A model generated the notes under the pieces. That model saw only the letters and a program-made list of their open reading frames with translations. It did no database searches and was not told where the DNA came from. Shown piece by piece: positions 9,537 through 17,238 of a DNA stretch of 45,534 bases; the first letter of the stretch is position 1; every line of letters starts with the position of its first letter. Both the position numbers and the translations under genes were made by a program. This DNA is from an uncultured Desulfobacteraceae bacterium (lineage in GTDB: Bacteria > Desulfobacterota > Desulfobacteria > Desulfobacterales > CAZHA01): NCBI GenBank assembly GCA_964572695.1, contig CAZNFS010000003.1, positions 1 through 45,534 of the forward strand, in the 5' to 3' direction.

Positions 9537-9938
9537 ATGACTGAAAAGCAGACCGGAGCCGTTTTGGTGGTCGGTGGGGGTATCAGTGGAATGAAAACCG
9601 CCCTCGACTTGGCTGATTCGGGATTTTACGTCTATCTTGTCGAAAAATCACCCGCCATCGGGGGGGTTATGTCGCAGCTGGACAAAACCTTTCCGACCAA
9701 CGATTGTGCCATGTGAATTATTTCCCCGATTCTGGTCGAGGTCGGCCGGCACATGAACATCGAACTGATTACCTATGCGGATCTTGAATCCGTTGAAGGG
9801 AGCCAGGGCAATTTTAAGGTCAAAATCCGCAAACGCGCCCGTAGCGTCAATATGGATCTCTGTACGGGATGTGGCGCCTGTGTTGAAAATTGTCCGGTTG
9901 TATACCGGGCGAACGCCCCGGCCGCGATAACCGCCTAA
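9537..9938 (+). CDS. hdrA: HdrA N-terminal FAD-binding fragment, probable selenoprotein (UGA at 9714-9716)
   Basis: ATG 9537 follows the SD AGGGGAGG. The translation [64 protein letters not shown]... runs in frame into track ORF 9753..9938 and ends with [15 protein letters not shown] replaces the second Cys of the HdrA TNDCxMC motif. Confidence 0.7.
9706..9752 (+). promoter_or_regulatory. candidate bacterial SECIS hairpin around and after the UGA
   Basis: Upper stem CCGATT (9726-9731) pairs with GGTCGG (9740-9745): 4 WC plus 2 GU pairs. The 8-nt loop CTGGTCGA places GGUC about 20-23 nt after the U of UGA. A possible lower stem is GTGCC (9706-9710) with GGCAC (9748-9752). Hand-folded only. 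Confidence 0.35.
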
Positions 9939-9968
9939 ATGGATTCGGACCGCAAGAGCGAGCGTATT

Positions 9969-9988
9969 CCCCGTAGCTTGCTGCGGGG
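9969..9988 (+). repeat. short palindromic intergenic element (core ATTCCCCG...CGGGGA)
   Basis: CCCCGTAG-CTTG-CTGCGGGG forms an 8-bp stem (one GU) with a tetraloop, between the hdrA-N stop and the nuoE-like start. It shares its ends with the inverted element at 28251-28303. Confidence 0.4.
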
Positions 9989-10013
9989 AGGTTCAATTCA
10001 AAAGAGATGAGCG

Positions 10014-10487
10014 ATGAAAGCTGAACATAAAACAGACTGGCAAAAAATTGATGAAATCATCCTGGCCTATAACTCCGATCCTGAATCCCTGTTAATGATC
10101 CTTCAGGACATCAGCGAAATTTACCATTTTGTTCCGCCTGAAATCATTCCCTATCTGGCACAAAAGCTGAAAATCAGAGAAAGCCTTGTTTACAGTGTTT
10201 CCACTTTTTATAAGACCATAAGTCTTGAGCCGCGGGGAAAATATATTGTCAACGTCTGCACCGGCACCGCCTGCCATGTTCGCGGAGCCGATAAAATCAT
10301 GCAGGCCTTGGAAGAAACACTTGAAATTGAGGAAGGCCAAACGCGGGACGATCTCCAGTTCACTCTGCAGGCCGTGCGCTGTATCGGGTGCTGTGCGTCC
10401 GGGCCGGTACTGACGGTAAACCAGGAAACCCATGGAGGCCTTGATCGCTTAAATGCGGTAAAAGTCGTTAACCAGTTGAAAGAATAG
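10014..10487 (+). CDS. NuoE/HoxE-like [2Fe-2S] thioredoxin-fold subunit
   Basis: 157 aa. CTGTACHVRG ... CIGCC is the four-Cys pattern of the 24-kDa NADH dehydrogenase subunit family. Confidence 0.85.
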   Translation: MKAEHKTDWQKIDEIILAYNSDPESLLMILQDISEIYHFVPPEIIPYLAQKLKIRESLVYSVSTFYKTISLEPRGKYIVNVCTGTACHVRGADKIMQALEETLEIEEGQTRDDLQFTLQAVRCIGCCASGPVLTVNQETHGGLDRLNAVKVVNQLKE

Positions 10488-10502
10488 CTCAATCAAATTC
10501 GT

Positions 10503-12380
10503 ATGACACCAATATCTGCTGAAATTCACTCCAAACTGGAGAGTCGCGAGGATCTGAATCAATTTCGGAATTCACTCCGCTCCGATGCTTCCTCACATGC
10601 AAAACAGATTGTTTCGCTCTGCGGCGGTTCCGGGTGCGGGGCCTATGGAACTGAAACGGTGCACCAATCTCTGCGCGACGAGCTGCAGCGTCATAACCTG
10701 CAGGACGATGTCACGGTCAAGTTTTCCGGATGTCACGGGTTCTGTGAAAAAGGACCGATCATGGTGATTCATCCGGAAGGGATTTTTTACTCCCGGCTTA
10801 AATCTGAAAACATACCGGAGATTGTCGAAAAAACAATTAAAAAAGGGGAAGTAATCGACGCCCTTGTCTTTAAGGACCCGGTTGCCAAACAGAAAATCAT
10901 CCACGAAAAAGACATCCCTTTTTACCAGCTTCAGCAGCGAATAATCCTGGGTAACAATGCGCGCATCGATCCGACCCGCATAGAGGACTATATCGCCGTC
11001 GGAGGCTACGCCGCCCTTGAGAAGGCGCTTTTCAGTATGCAGCCCGAAGAGATTATTACGGAAGTAAAACAATCAGGTCTGCGGGGGCGCGGGGGCGGTG
11101 GCTTTCCGGCCGGCATCAAATGGGAAACCTGTCGTCGCCAGGAGGGCGAAAAACACATTATCTGTAATGCCGACGAAGGCGATCCCGGCGCCTATATGGA
11201 TCGAAGCCTTTTGGAGGGCAACCCGCACAGCGTTCTGGAAGGAATGATTATCGCCGCCATCGCCATCGGCTCCCATAGCGGTTACGTCTATGTGCGCCAT
11301 GAATACCCCCTGGCTGTTAAAAATCTTACCACGGCCCTTATAAGCGCAGAAAAGTTCGGTCTTCTGGGGCCGAACATTCTCGGTTCCGGATTTGATTTTG
11401 ATGTGCACATCAGCCGTGGCGGTGGTGCTTTTGTGTGCGGGGAATCGACCGCTCTCATGGCCTCTCTGGAAGGCAAGCCCGGCCGGCCGCGCGCCAAGTA
11501 CATCCATACGGTGGAAAAGGGCTTTCACCAGAATCCTTCAACCTTGAACAATGTCGAAACCTGGGCCAATGTCCCCGTGATCATCAATAACGGCGCCAAA
11601 TGGTATGCCGCCATCGGTACCGAGAAAAGCAAAGGCACGAAGATATTTTCTCTGGTCGGAAAGGTTGCCAATACCGGGCTGGTTGAAGTCCCCATGGGAA
11701 CCAGCCTGCGTAGAATTATCTATGATATCGGCGGCGGCATCCCCAAACGCAAAAAATTCAAGGCGGTTCAAACGGGAGGACCCTCCGGCGGGTGCATCCC
11801 CAAGCAATTTTTGGATTTGGGCGTCGATTTTGATGAACTGGCGCGGGTGGGGTCCATGATGGGTTCCGGCGGCATGATCGTTATGGATCAAGATACCTGC
11901 ATGGTCGACCTTGCCCGCTATTTCCTCGATTTTTTAAAAGAAGAATCGTGCGGCCAATGTGTGCCCTGCCGCGAAGGAATCAAACAGATGTTGGCTATTT
12001 TGACCGATATCTGCACCGGTGAAGGCCGGGCCGGGAACATCGAACTCCTGGAAGATCTGGGCATGATGGTCCAAAAATTTTCTCTCTGCGGATTGGGAAC
12101 CTCGGCCCCCAATCCGGTTTTGACTACACTCCTTTATTTTCGTGATGAATATGAAGCGCATATTCAAGACAAGAAATGCCCGGCCGGTGTTTGCAAACCG
12201 CTTTTCCACTATGAAATCGATGCGGCCGCCTGCACCGGGTGCCGATTGTGTGCCCTGAAATGTCCCGAAAAAGCGATCAGCGGCGAAAAGAAAACGCCTC
12301 ACGTGTTGAATCAAGAAAAATGCATCAAATGCGGAATCTGTTATGAGAGATGTAAATTCGATGCCATCCGCATTTGCTAG
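10503..12380 (+). CDS. NuoF/HydB-like NADH- and FMN-binding subunit with extra Fe-S domains
   Basis: 625 aa. N-terminal 2Fe-2S-like Cys set (CGGSGC...GCHGFC), FMN/NADH motifs GLRGRGGGGFPAGIKW and NADEGDPGA, N3 cluster ESCGQCVPCREG, and C-terminal 2x[4Fe-4S] (CTGCRLCALKCP, CIKCGICYERC). Confidence 0.85.
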   Translation: MTPISAEIHSKLESREDLNQFRNSLRSDASSHAKQIVSLCGGSGCGAYGTETVHQSLRDELQRHNLQDDVTVKFSGCHGFCEKGPIMVIHPEGIFYSRLKSENIPEIVEKTIKKGEVIDALVFKDPVAKQKIIHEKDIPFYQLQQRIILGNNARIDPTRIEDYIAVGGYAALEKALFSMQPEEIITEVKQSGLRGRGGGGFPAGIKWETCRRQEGEKHIICNADEGDPGAYMDRSLLEGNPHSVLEGMIIAAIAIGSHSGYVYVRHEYPLAVKNLTTALISAEKFGLLGPNILGSGFDFDVHISRGGGAFVCGESTALMASLEGKPGRPRAKYIHTVEKGFHQNPSTLNNVETWANVPVIINNGAKWYAAIGTEKSKGTKIFSLVGKVANTGLVEVPMGTSLRRIIYDIGGGIPKRKKFKAVQTGGPSGGCIPKQFLDLGVDFDELARVGSMMGSGGMIVMDQDTCMVDLARYFLDFLKEESCGQCVPCREGIKQMLAILTDICTGEGRAGNIELLEDLGMMVQKFSLCGLGTSAPNPVLTTLLYFRDEYEAHIQDKKCPAGVCKPLFHYEIDAAACTGCRLCALKCPEKAISGEKKTPHVLNQEKCIKCGICYERCKFDAIRIC

Positions 12381-12433
12381 CCTTTTTGCGCGTTTTGTGT
12401 CGATTTCGATCGATCGACCAAAAGGATACCTGC

Positions 12434-15400
12434 ATGATTGAATTTAAACTGAACGATAAAAGGGTTCAAGGTGAAGAAGGGGAGTATATTCTTCAGGTCG
12501 CCCGAAAATACGGTGTGGAAATCCCGACCCTGTGCCATCATCAGGCCCTGGAGCCGGCCGGTATGTGCCGGCTGTGCACCGTCGAGCTCTTCGATGGACG
12601 CCGGTCCCGCTTTGTGACCGCCTGCAATTATCCCATTTGGGATGGAATGGCCGTCCAAACGGACTCGGATGCTGTCCATCAGGGACGCAAGCTTATTGTA
12701 GAACTGCTCCTGACCCGTTGTCCGAATGTGCCGATCATCAACGATCTGGCTTCAAAATACGGCATCTCTAAACCGCGATTCAAGCTGGAAGAAAACGATT
12801 GTATCCTTTGCGGTCTTTGTACCCGGGTCTGCGAAAAGATGGGCGCCAATGCCATCCAACTGGCCGGACGCGGGATGGACCTTAAAATCGATACGCCTTT
12901 TCACGTCCAAACCGATGCCTGCATCGGTTGCGGAGCTTGTGCCTTTGTCTGCCCCACCGGCCATATCAAACCCGAGGATATCGATGCCTGGATTTCCAAA
13001 CAACCCTTGAAAGAAATTCCTTCTGAGTACGAACAGGGGCTTGCTCACCGTAAACCCATCTATGTGCCCTATGCGCAGGCCATCCCAAACATCCCGGCCA
13101 TTGACCGGGAGCGCTGCGTCCATTTCAAATCCGGGGGCTGCCGCATTTGTACCGAATTTTGTGCTGTCAGTGCTATCGATCACTCTCAGCAAGACGAAAT
13201 AGTCGAACTCGATGTCGGTTCGATTATCATGGCTTCCGGTTTTGAACCTTACGATCCGGCCGTCTACGACACCTACGGATACACCCGCCATCCCAACATT
13301 GTGACCAGCCTTGAGTTTGAACGAATGCTCAGTGCCTCCGGCCCCACCCAGGGGCATGTGCTGCGGCCTTCTGATAAAAAGCCCCCGGCAAAAATCGCCT
13401 GGCTGCAATGTGTGGGATCTCGAGATGTCCATGCCGGCGCCCGGAAATACTGTTCTTCGGTCTGTTGTACCTATGCGGTCAAAGAAGCGGTAATGGCCAA
13501 GGATCATGTCCCGGGCCTGGATGCCGCCATTTTTTATATCGATATGCGAACTCACGGTAAGGACTTCGAAAATTATTTCAATGCCGCGCGCGACCGCTCC
13601 GGGGTCCGGTTTGTCAAATCGCGAATTTCAACCTTAACTCCGGAAAATAATTCCGAATTGATCAACCTTGCCTATATCGATGAGTCCGGACTAAGAAAAA
13701 TAGAACCGTTCGATATCGTTGTTTTGTCGGTGGGGATGTGCATTTCCAAAGACACTTCAGATCTTGCCCGGCTGCTGCAGGTCAACGTTGATGATGACGG
13801 CTTCCCGGTTACGGATAGTTTCAACCCGGTCCAGACCTCCCGTGCCGGCGTACTGGTCTGCGGTGCCTCCCAGGCCCCCCAGGATATCCCTTCCTCGGTT
13901 ATTGGTGCCAGCGCCACGGCGGCCGAGGCTGCCAGGAGTTTGCAAAAAGCCCGCTGGTCTTCCAGCAAAACCCGAGAACTTCCGCTTGAGACGGACCTGC
14001 GCGGCACGGCCCCGCGCATCGGTGTATTCGTTTGTAATTGCGGCACAAATATCGCCGGTGTCGTGAAAATTGCATCAGTCGTCGAATATGCCAGGTCGCT
14101 GCCCTATGTGGTTTATGTCACCGACCAGCTTTTTGCCTGTTCCCAGGACGCGCAAGAGCTCCTCGGCCAGGCGATCAAGACCCACCATCTGAACCGGGTT
14201 GTTATCGCCGCCTGCACGCCCCGGACCCACGAGCCTATTTTCCGTGAAACCGCCGTAAACGCCGGTCTCAATAAATATCTCATCGATATGGCCAACATTC
14301 GAAATCATTGCTCCTGGGTTCATGCGGATGTACCCGAATCGGCAACCGAAAAATCCAAGGATCTTGTTCGCCTCTCTGTGGCCAAGGTGGCTCAGCTGGT
14401 GCCTTTAACAGAGCAGGAGATCACGATTAACCAGGAGGCACTGATCATCGGAGGCGGGGTGGCCGGCATGACGGCCGCCAGGGATCTGGCGCGCCAGGGG
14501 TTCGCGACGCACCTTGTCGAAAAAACGAATGCCCTGGGCGGACAGGCGACCCGCCTGCTGTCGACCTGGAAAGGCGAAGATGTTTCGCAGTACCTGGATC
14601 GGTTAATCCAGGAGGTAAAGTCGGAGGAAAGCCTTAATATTTATCTCCAATCTGAAGTACTGCAGGTCGAAGGTTCGATCGGTCGCTTTAAGACTTCGAT
14701 TCACACAGAGGGGGAAACAAAGCTAATCGAACATGGGGCCGCAATTATTGCCACGGGTGCCTCGGAGCTGAAACCCGCAGAATATCTTTACGGCCAGAAT
14801 GCAGGCGTGATGACGGGTCTCGAATTTGATCGCAAACTCCGTACTGCCGATGCGCAAATTGCCCAGGCCCGGACGGCCGTATTTGTCCAGTGTGTCGGTT
14901 CACGAATTCCGGAAAGACCCTATTGTTCCAAGGTTTGCTGTACCCATTCGGTTAGGGGGGCGATGGAGCTTCTTGAACGAAATCCGGATATGGAAGTCTT
15001 TATCCTGTACCGCGACATAAGAACCTACGGCCTGCGTGAAAATCTGTATCGCCAGGCCCGCGACCGTGGAATTCATTTTATCCGCTTTGATCTGCAAAAG
15101 GGGCTGACGGCAGGAGAAAATCAGGGAAATATCGAAATTATATTTACGGATGCCGTCCTCAACCAAAAACTGACGCTTCACCCGGACTTGCTGATTCTGG
15201 CAAGTGCGATTGTTTCACCGCAAGAATCCGAGCTTTCGAAAAAATTCAAGGTTCCCTTGAACCAGGACGGCTTTTTTGTGGAAGCGCATGTCAAGTTAAG
15301 GCCGGTCGATTTTGCCACCGATGGTGTCTTTGTCTGCGGGCTCGCCCACGGCCCAAAGCCCATTGACGAATCGATCATTCAGGCCCAGGCGGCCGTCGCC

Positions 15401-15670
15401 CGTGCCGCAGCCATATTATGTAAATCGAAGTTGAAGGTCGGTGGCCTGGTGGCTGAAACCGATGCCTTCAAGTGCACCGGCTGCCGGGTTTGCGCTGAGG
15501 TATGTCCATACCAGGCCGTTGAAATAAGCCCGGACGATAAAGCCGTCGTAAACGAAGCGGTCTGTAAAGGCTGCGGTTTGTGTGCAGCCTCCTGCCGTTC
15601 CGGCGCCGCATCCCTTAAGGGCTTCAGTGATGCCGATATTTTGGCGCAGTTAGAGGCATTTACTAGCTAG
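12434..15670 (+). CDS. fusion protein: NuoG/HydA-N-like Fe-S domain + HdrA remainder + second HdrA/QmoB-like FAD module + 2x[4Fe-4S]
   Basis: Start moved to ATG 12434 (MIEFKLNDK, SD AAGGA upstream). N-terminal 2Fe-2S and 4Fe-4S motifs (CHH...CRLC, CILCGLCTRVC, CIGCGACAFVCP). HdrA core follows (IIMASGFEPYD, SLEFERML, WLQCVGSRD, CSSVCC, IGVFVCNCGTNIAG, NIRNHCSWVH). Then a second GGGVAGMTAARDLA module and the terminal CTGCRVCAEVCP / CKGCGLCAASC. Confidence 0.8.
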   Translation: MIEFKLNDKRVQGEEGEYILQVARKYGVEIPTLCHHQALEPAGMCRLCTVELFDGRRSRFVTACNYPIWDGMAVQTDSDAVHQGRKLIVELLLTRCPNVPIINDLASKYGISKPRFKLEENDCILCGLCTRVCEKMGANAIQLAGRGMDLKIDTPFHVQTDACIGCGACAFVCPTGHIKPEDIDAWISKQPLKEIPSEYEQGLAHRKPIYVPYAQAIPNIPAIDRERCVHFKSGGCRICTEFCAVSAIDHSQQDEIVELDVGSIIMASGFEPYDPAVYDTYGYTRHPNIVTSLEFERMLSASGPTQGHVLRPSDKKPPAKIAWLQCVGSRDVHAGARKYCSSVCCTYAVKEAVMAKDHVPGLDAAIFYIDMRTHGKDFENYFNAARDRSGVRFVKSRISTLTPENNSELINLAYIDESGLRKIEPFDIVVLSVGMCISKDTSDLARLLQVNVDDDGFPVTDSFNPVQTSRAGVLVCGASQAPQDIPSSVIGASATAAEAARSLQKARWSSSKTRELPLETDLRGTAPRIGVFVCNCGTNIAGVVKIASVVEYARSLPYVVYVTDQLFACSQDAQELLGQAIKTHHLNRVVIAACTPRTHEPIFRETAVNAGLNKYLIDMANIRNHCSWVHADVPESATEKSKDLVRLSVAKVAQLVPLTEQEITINQEALIIGGGVAGMTAARDLARQGFATHLVEKTNALGGQATRLLSTWKGEDVSQYLDRLIQEVKSEESLNIYLQSEVLQVEGSIGRFKTSIHTEGETKLIEHGAAIIATGASELKPAEYLYGQNAGVMTGLEFDRKLRTADAQIAQARTAVFVQCVGSRIPERPYCSKVCCTHSVRGAMELLERNPDMEVFILYRDIRTYGLRENLYRQARDRGIHFIRFDLQKGLTAGENQGNIEIIFTDAVLNQKLTLHPDLLILASAIVSPQESELSKKFKVPLNQDGFFVEAHVKLRPVDFATDGVFVCGLAHGPKPIDESIIQAQAAVARAAAILCKSKLKVGGLVAETDAFKCTGCRVCAEVCPYQAVEISPDDKAVVNEAVCKGCGLCAASCRSGAASLKGFSDADILAQLEAFTS

Positions 15671-15680
15671 TAGTTGTGAT

Positions 15681-16928
15681 TTAAGCCGCTTTCTGCAAGA
15701 CCTCCTGGGTCACATCGCGGAGTTCTTGGGGTGTAAACGGTTTGGGGAGATAGGCATTGGCCCCCAAACGGGTCGCCTCAACCGCGCTTTCGATGCTGGC
15801 GTAGCCCGTAACGATGACGACCTTTGCTTCCGGTTGTTCATTTCGTATTCGCTCTAACAGCTCCAGTCCTTTGACGCCGGGAATACGCAAGTCGAGCACG
15901 ACCAATTTGTACGACTTCGCACCAATGTGGTCCAGGGCCTCCTTTTTGGTAATTGCCTGATCGATATCCGGCTCCGATTTTAGGAGTATTTTGCGGATAT
16001 TGTTGCTCACCGCCACCTCGTCGTCAATTATCAGGATCTCCCCGGCCGCCGACCCCGGCACTTGGTCCGATTCCGACCGCACGTCTTCTTGTTCCTTTCT
16101 CAGCATTTGGGCGACATTTTTCTTCAACTCCTCATAAGGCAAAAACGCTACCCCTTCGTGATGTAAGTTCCGAATATATTCCGGCCCCGTGACCGCTTTC
16201 ACCTCCTGGTAGTTGAAAGGAAGGTCAATTCCAATCAGCTTTTGGGGGTCACCCTCTTTGGCTTTGGCCCCTTTCTTACGCTTCTGGGCTGTTTTTTGGG
16301 GGCATTCGTTCTTTTTGATTCCCCCCTTGCAGGTATCGCCTAGTTTTTTATAAATATCACACACCCGCGCACCCATTTCACAGTAATTTTCCGGGGGCTT
16401 CTCAGACTGGGTCTCGACTTGCGGTATATCGCTTGACGTCAGACGGTCGACGTAATCTTCACCCGTGTATTTCGCCACCTCTTTTCGGTCAAAGGGGATA
16501 TCCACATCGATGGCATGGCCATTTTGTTCTGCGCTGGCCGTTTTGGGAAATTCGATGATTTCCCCCCCCATAACCTGTTTGACCGTTGATCTTAACTCAT
16601 TCGGCGTAAACGGTTTGGGGATGTAATCCAGGGCTCCCATTTGAATGGCCTTGACCGCACTATCGATCGAAGCAAAGGCCGTCATCATAATCGTCTTTGT
16701 CTGCGGCCATTCCTTTTTGACGTATTCCAACAGCTCCAGGCCATCCATCTCCGGCATTAAAATATCGGTGATAAGCAGCGCGTACGGCTCCTCGGCCATT
16801 TTTTTAATCGCTTCTTTGGCACTTAAAGCATAAGTGACCTCAAAATCGTATTTGGATAGAATTTTTTCAGCATTGTGACAAATCTGTTTTTCATCATCCA
16901 CCACCATGATTTTGGCTGTCGGGCTCAT
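15681..16928 (-). CDS. response regulator with two receiver domains and a Cys4 internal-repeat linker, no recognisable output domain
   Basis: 415 aa. REC1 has LLITDILMPEMDG ... PKPF and REC2 has LVVLDLRIPGVKG ... PKPF. The central 170 aa hold two copies of (I/V)D(I/L)PFxxxEVxxxTGxxY flanking CEMGARVCDIYKKLGDTCKGGIKKNECP. Confidence 0.75.
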   Translation of the reverse strand: MSPTAKIMVVDDEKQICHNAEKILSKYDFEVTYALSAKEAIKKMAEEPYALLITDILMPEMDGLELLEYVKKEWPQTKTIMMTAFASIDSAVKAIQMGALDYIPKPFTPNELRSTVKQVMGGEIIEFPKTASAEQNGHAIDVDIPFDRKEVAKYTGEDYVDRLTSSDIPQVETQSEKPPENYCEMGARVCDIYKKLGDTCKGGIKKNECPQKTAQKRKKGAKAKEGDPQKLIGIDLPFNYQEVKAVTGPEYIRNLHHEGVAFLPYEELKKNVAQMLRKEQEDVRSESDQVPGSAAGEILIIDDEVAVSNNIRKILLKSEPDIDQAITKKEALDHIGAKSYKLVVLDLRIPGVKGLELLERIRNEQPEAKVVIVTGYASIESAVEATRLGANAYLPKPFTPQELRDVTQEVLQKAA

Positions 16929-16989
16929 TATTTTCTCCTTTGGGGGTCTTGTTACGGTTAATCTGTCTTCGCTCGCCAGTGTTTATCAG

Positions 16990-17005
16990 TGCATGTGTCG
17001 TGCCA
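16990..17005 (-). promoter_or_regulatory. sigma-54 (-24/-12) promoter for the double-REC gene
   Basis: The minus strand reads TGGCAC-GACAC-ATGCA, matching TGGCAC-N5-TTGCA with correct spacing. It lies about 60 nt upstream of ATG 16928. Confidence 0.6.
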
Positions 17006-17070
17006 ACATCTACGATATTTGCAACACATTGAAAATACATTGGATATACCATTAATGAGCCAATGCCCAG

Positions 17071-17107
17071 ACCAAATAGTGTATATAAAATATATACACT
17101 ATTTGGT
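17071..17107. promoter_or_regulatory. 37-bp perfect palindrome, candidate enhancer (UAS) for the sigma-54 activator
   Basis: ACCAAATAGTGTATATA-aaa-TATATACACTATTTGGT has 17-bp perfect arms, centred about 86 bp upstream of the -24 element. It is AT-rich with no following U-tract, so it is a poor terminator. Confidence 0.4.
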
Positions 17108-17238
17108 TTATCAGAGTCTCCGCTAAGAGATCGTTTTGTATGGGTTTAGAGGAAAAGTTGACTCGGGAAAGGTGCCGTATAAAAAAAATATACGATGTAT
17201 GGCGCGGTTATCGGACTGCCCTGCGGGTGCACATATTA

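Noticed and set aside
12374-12433. N-terminal extension of the large fusion ORF (track start 12374)
   Set aside because: The extension (MLAFLRVLCRFRSIDQKDTC) overlaps the end of the NuoF-like gene and has no homology-like content. ATG 12434 has an SD and starts the 2Fe-2S domain.
12752-13555. 267-aa minus-strand ORF, plus many similar 60-210-aa ORFs inside the Hdr/Nuo, RND, ABC and oxidase genes (e.g. 10593..11072, 11073..11528, 36486..37124, 41338..41862)
   Set aside because: They lie antisense or out of frame within long, well-supported coding regions. They are Gly/Arg/Pro-rich with no motifs, which is typical of shadow ORFs in GC-richer coding DNA.
17071-17107. Reading the 37-bp palindrome as the intrinsic terminator of the NtrC-like gene
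   Set aside because: The stem is almost entirely A/T and no U-tract follows on the transcribed strand. Its position relative to the sigma-54 promoter fits an enhancer site better, although termination is not excluded.
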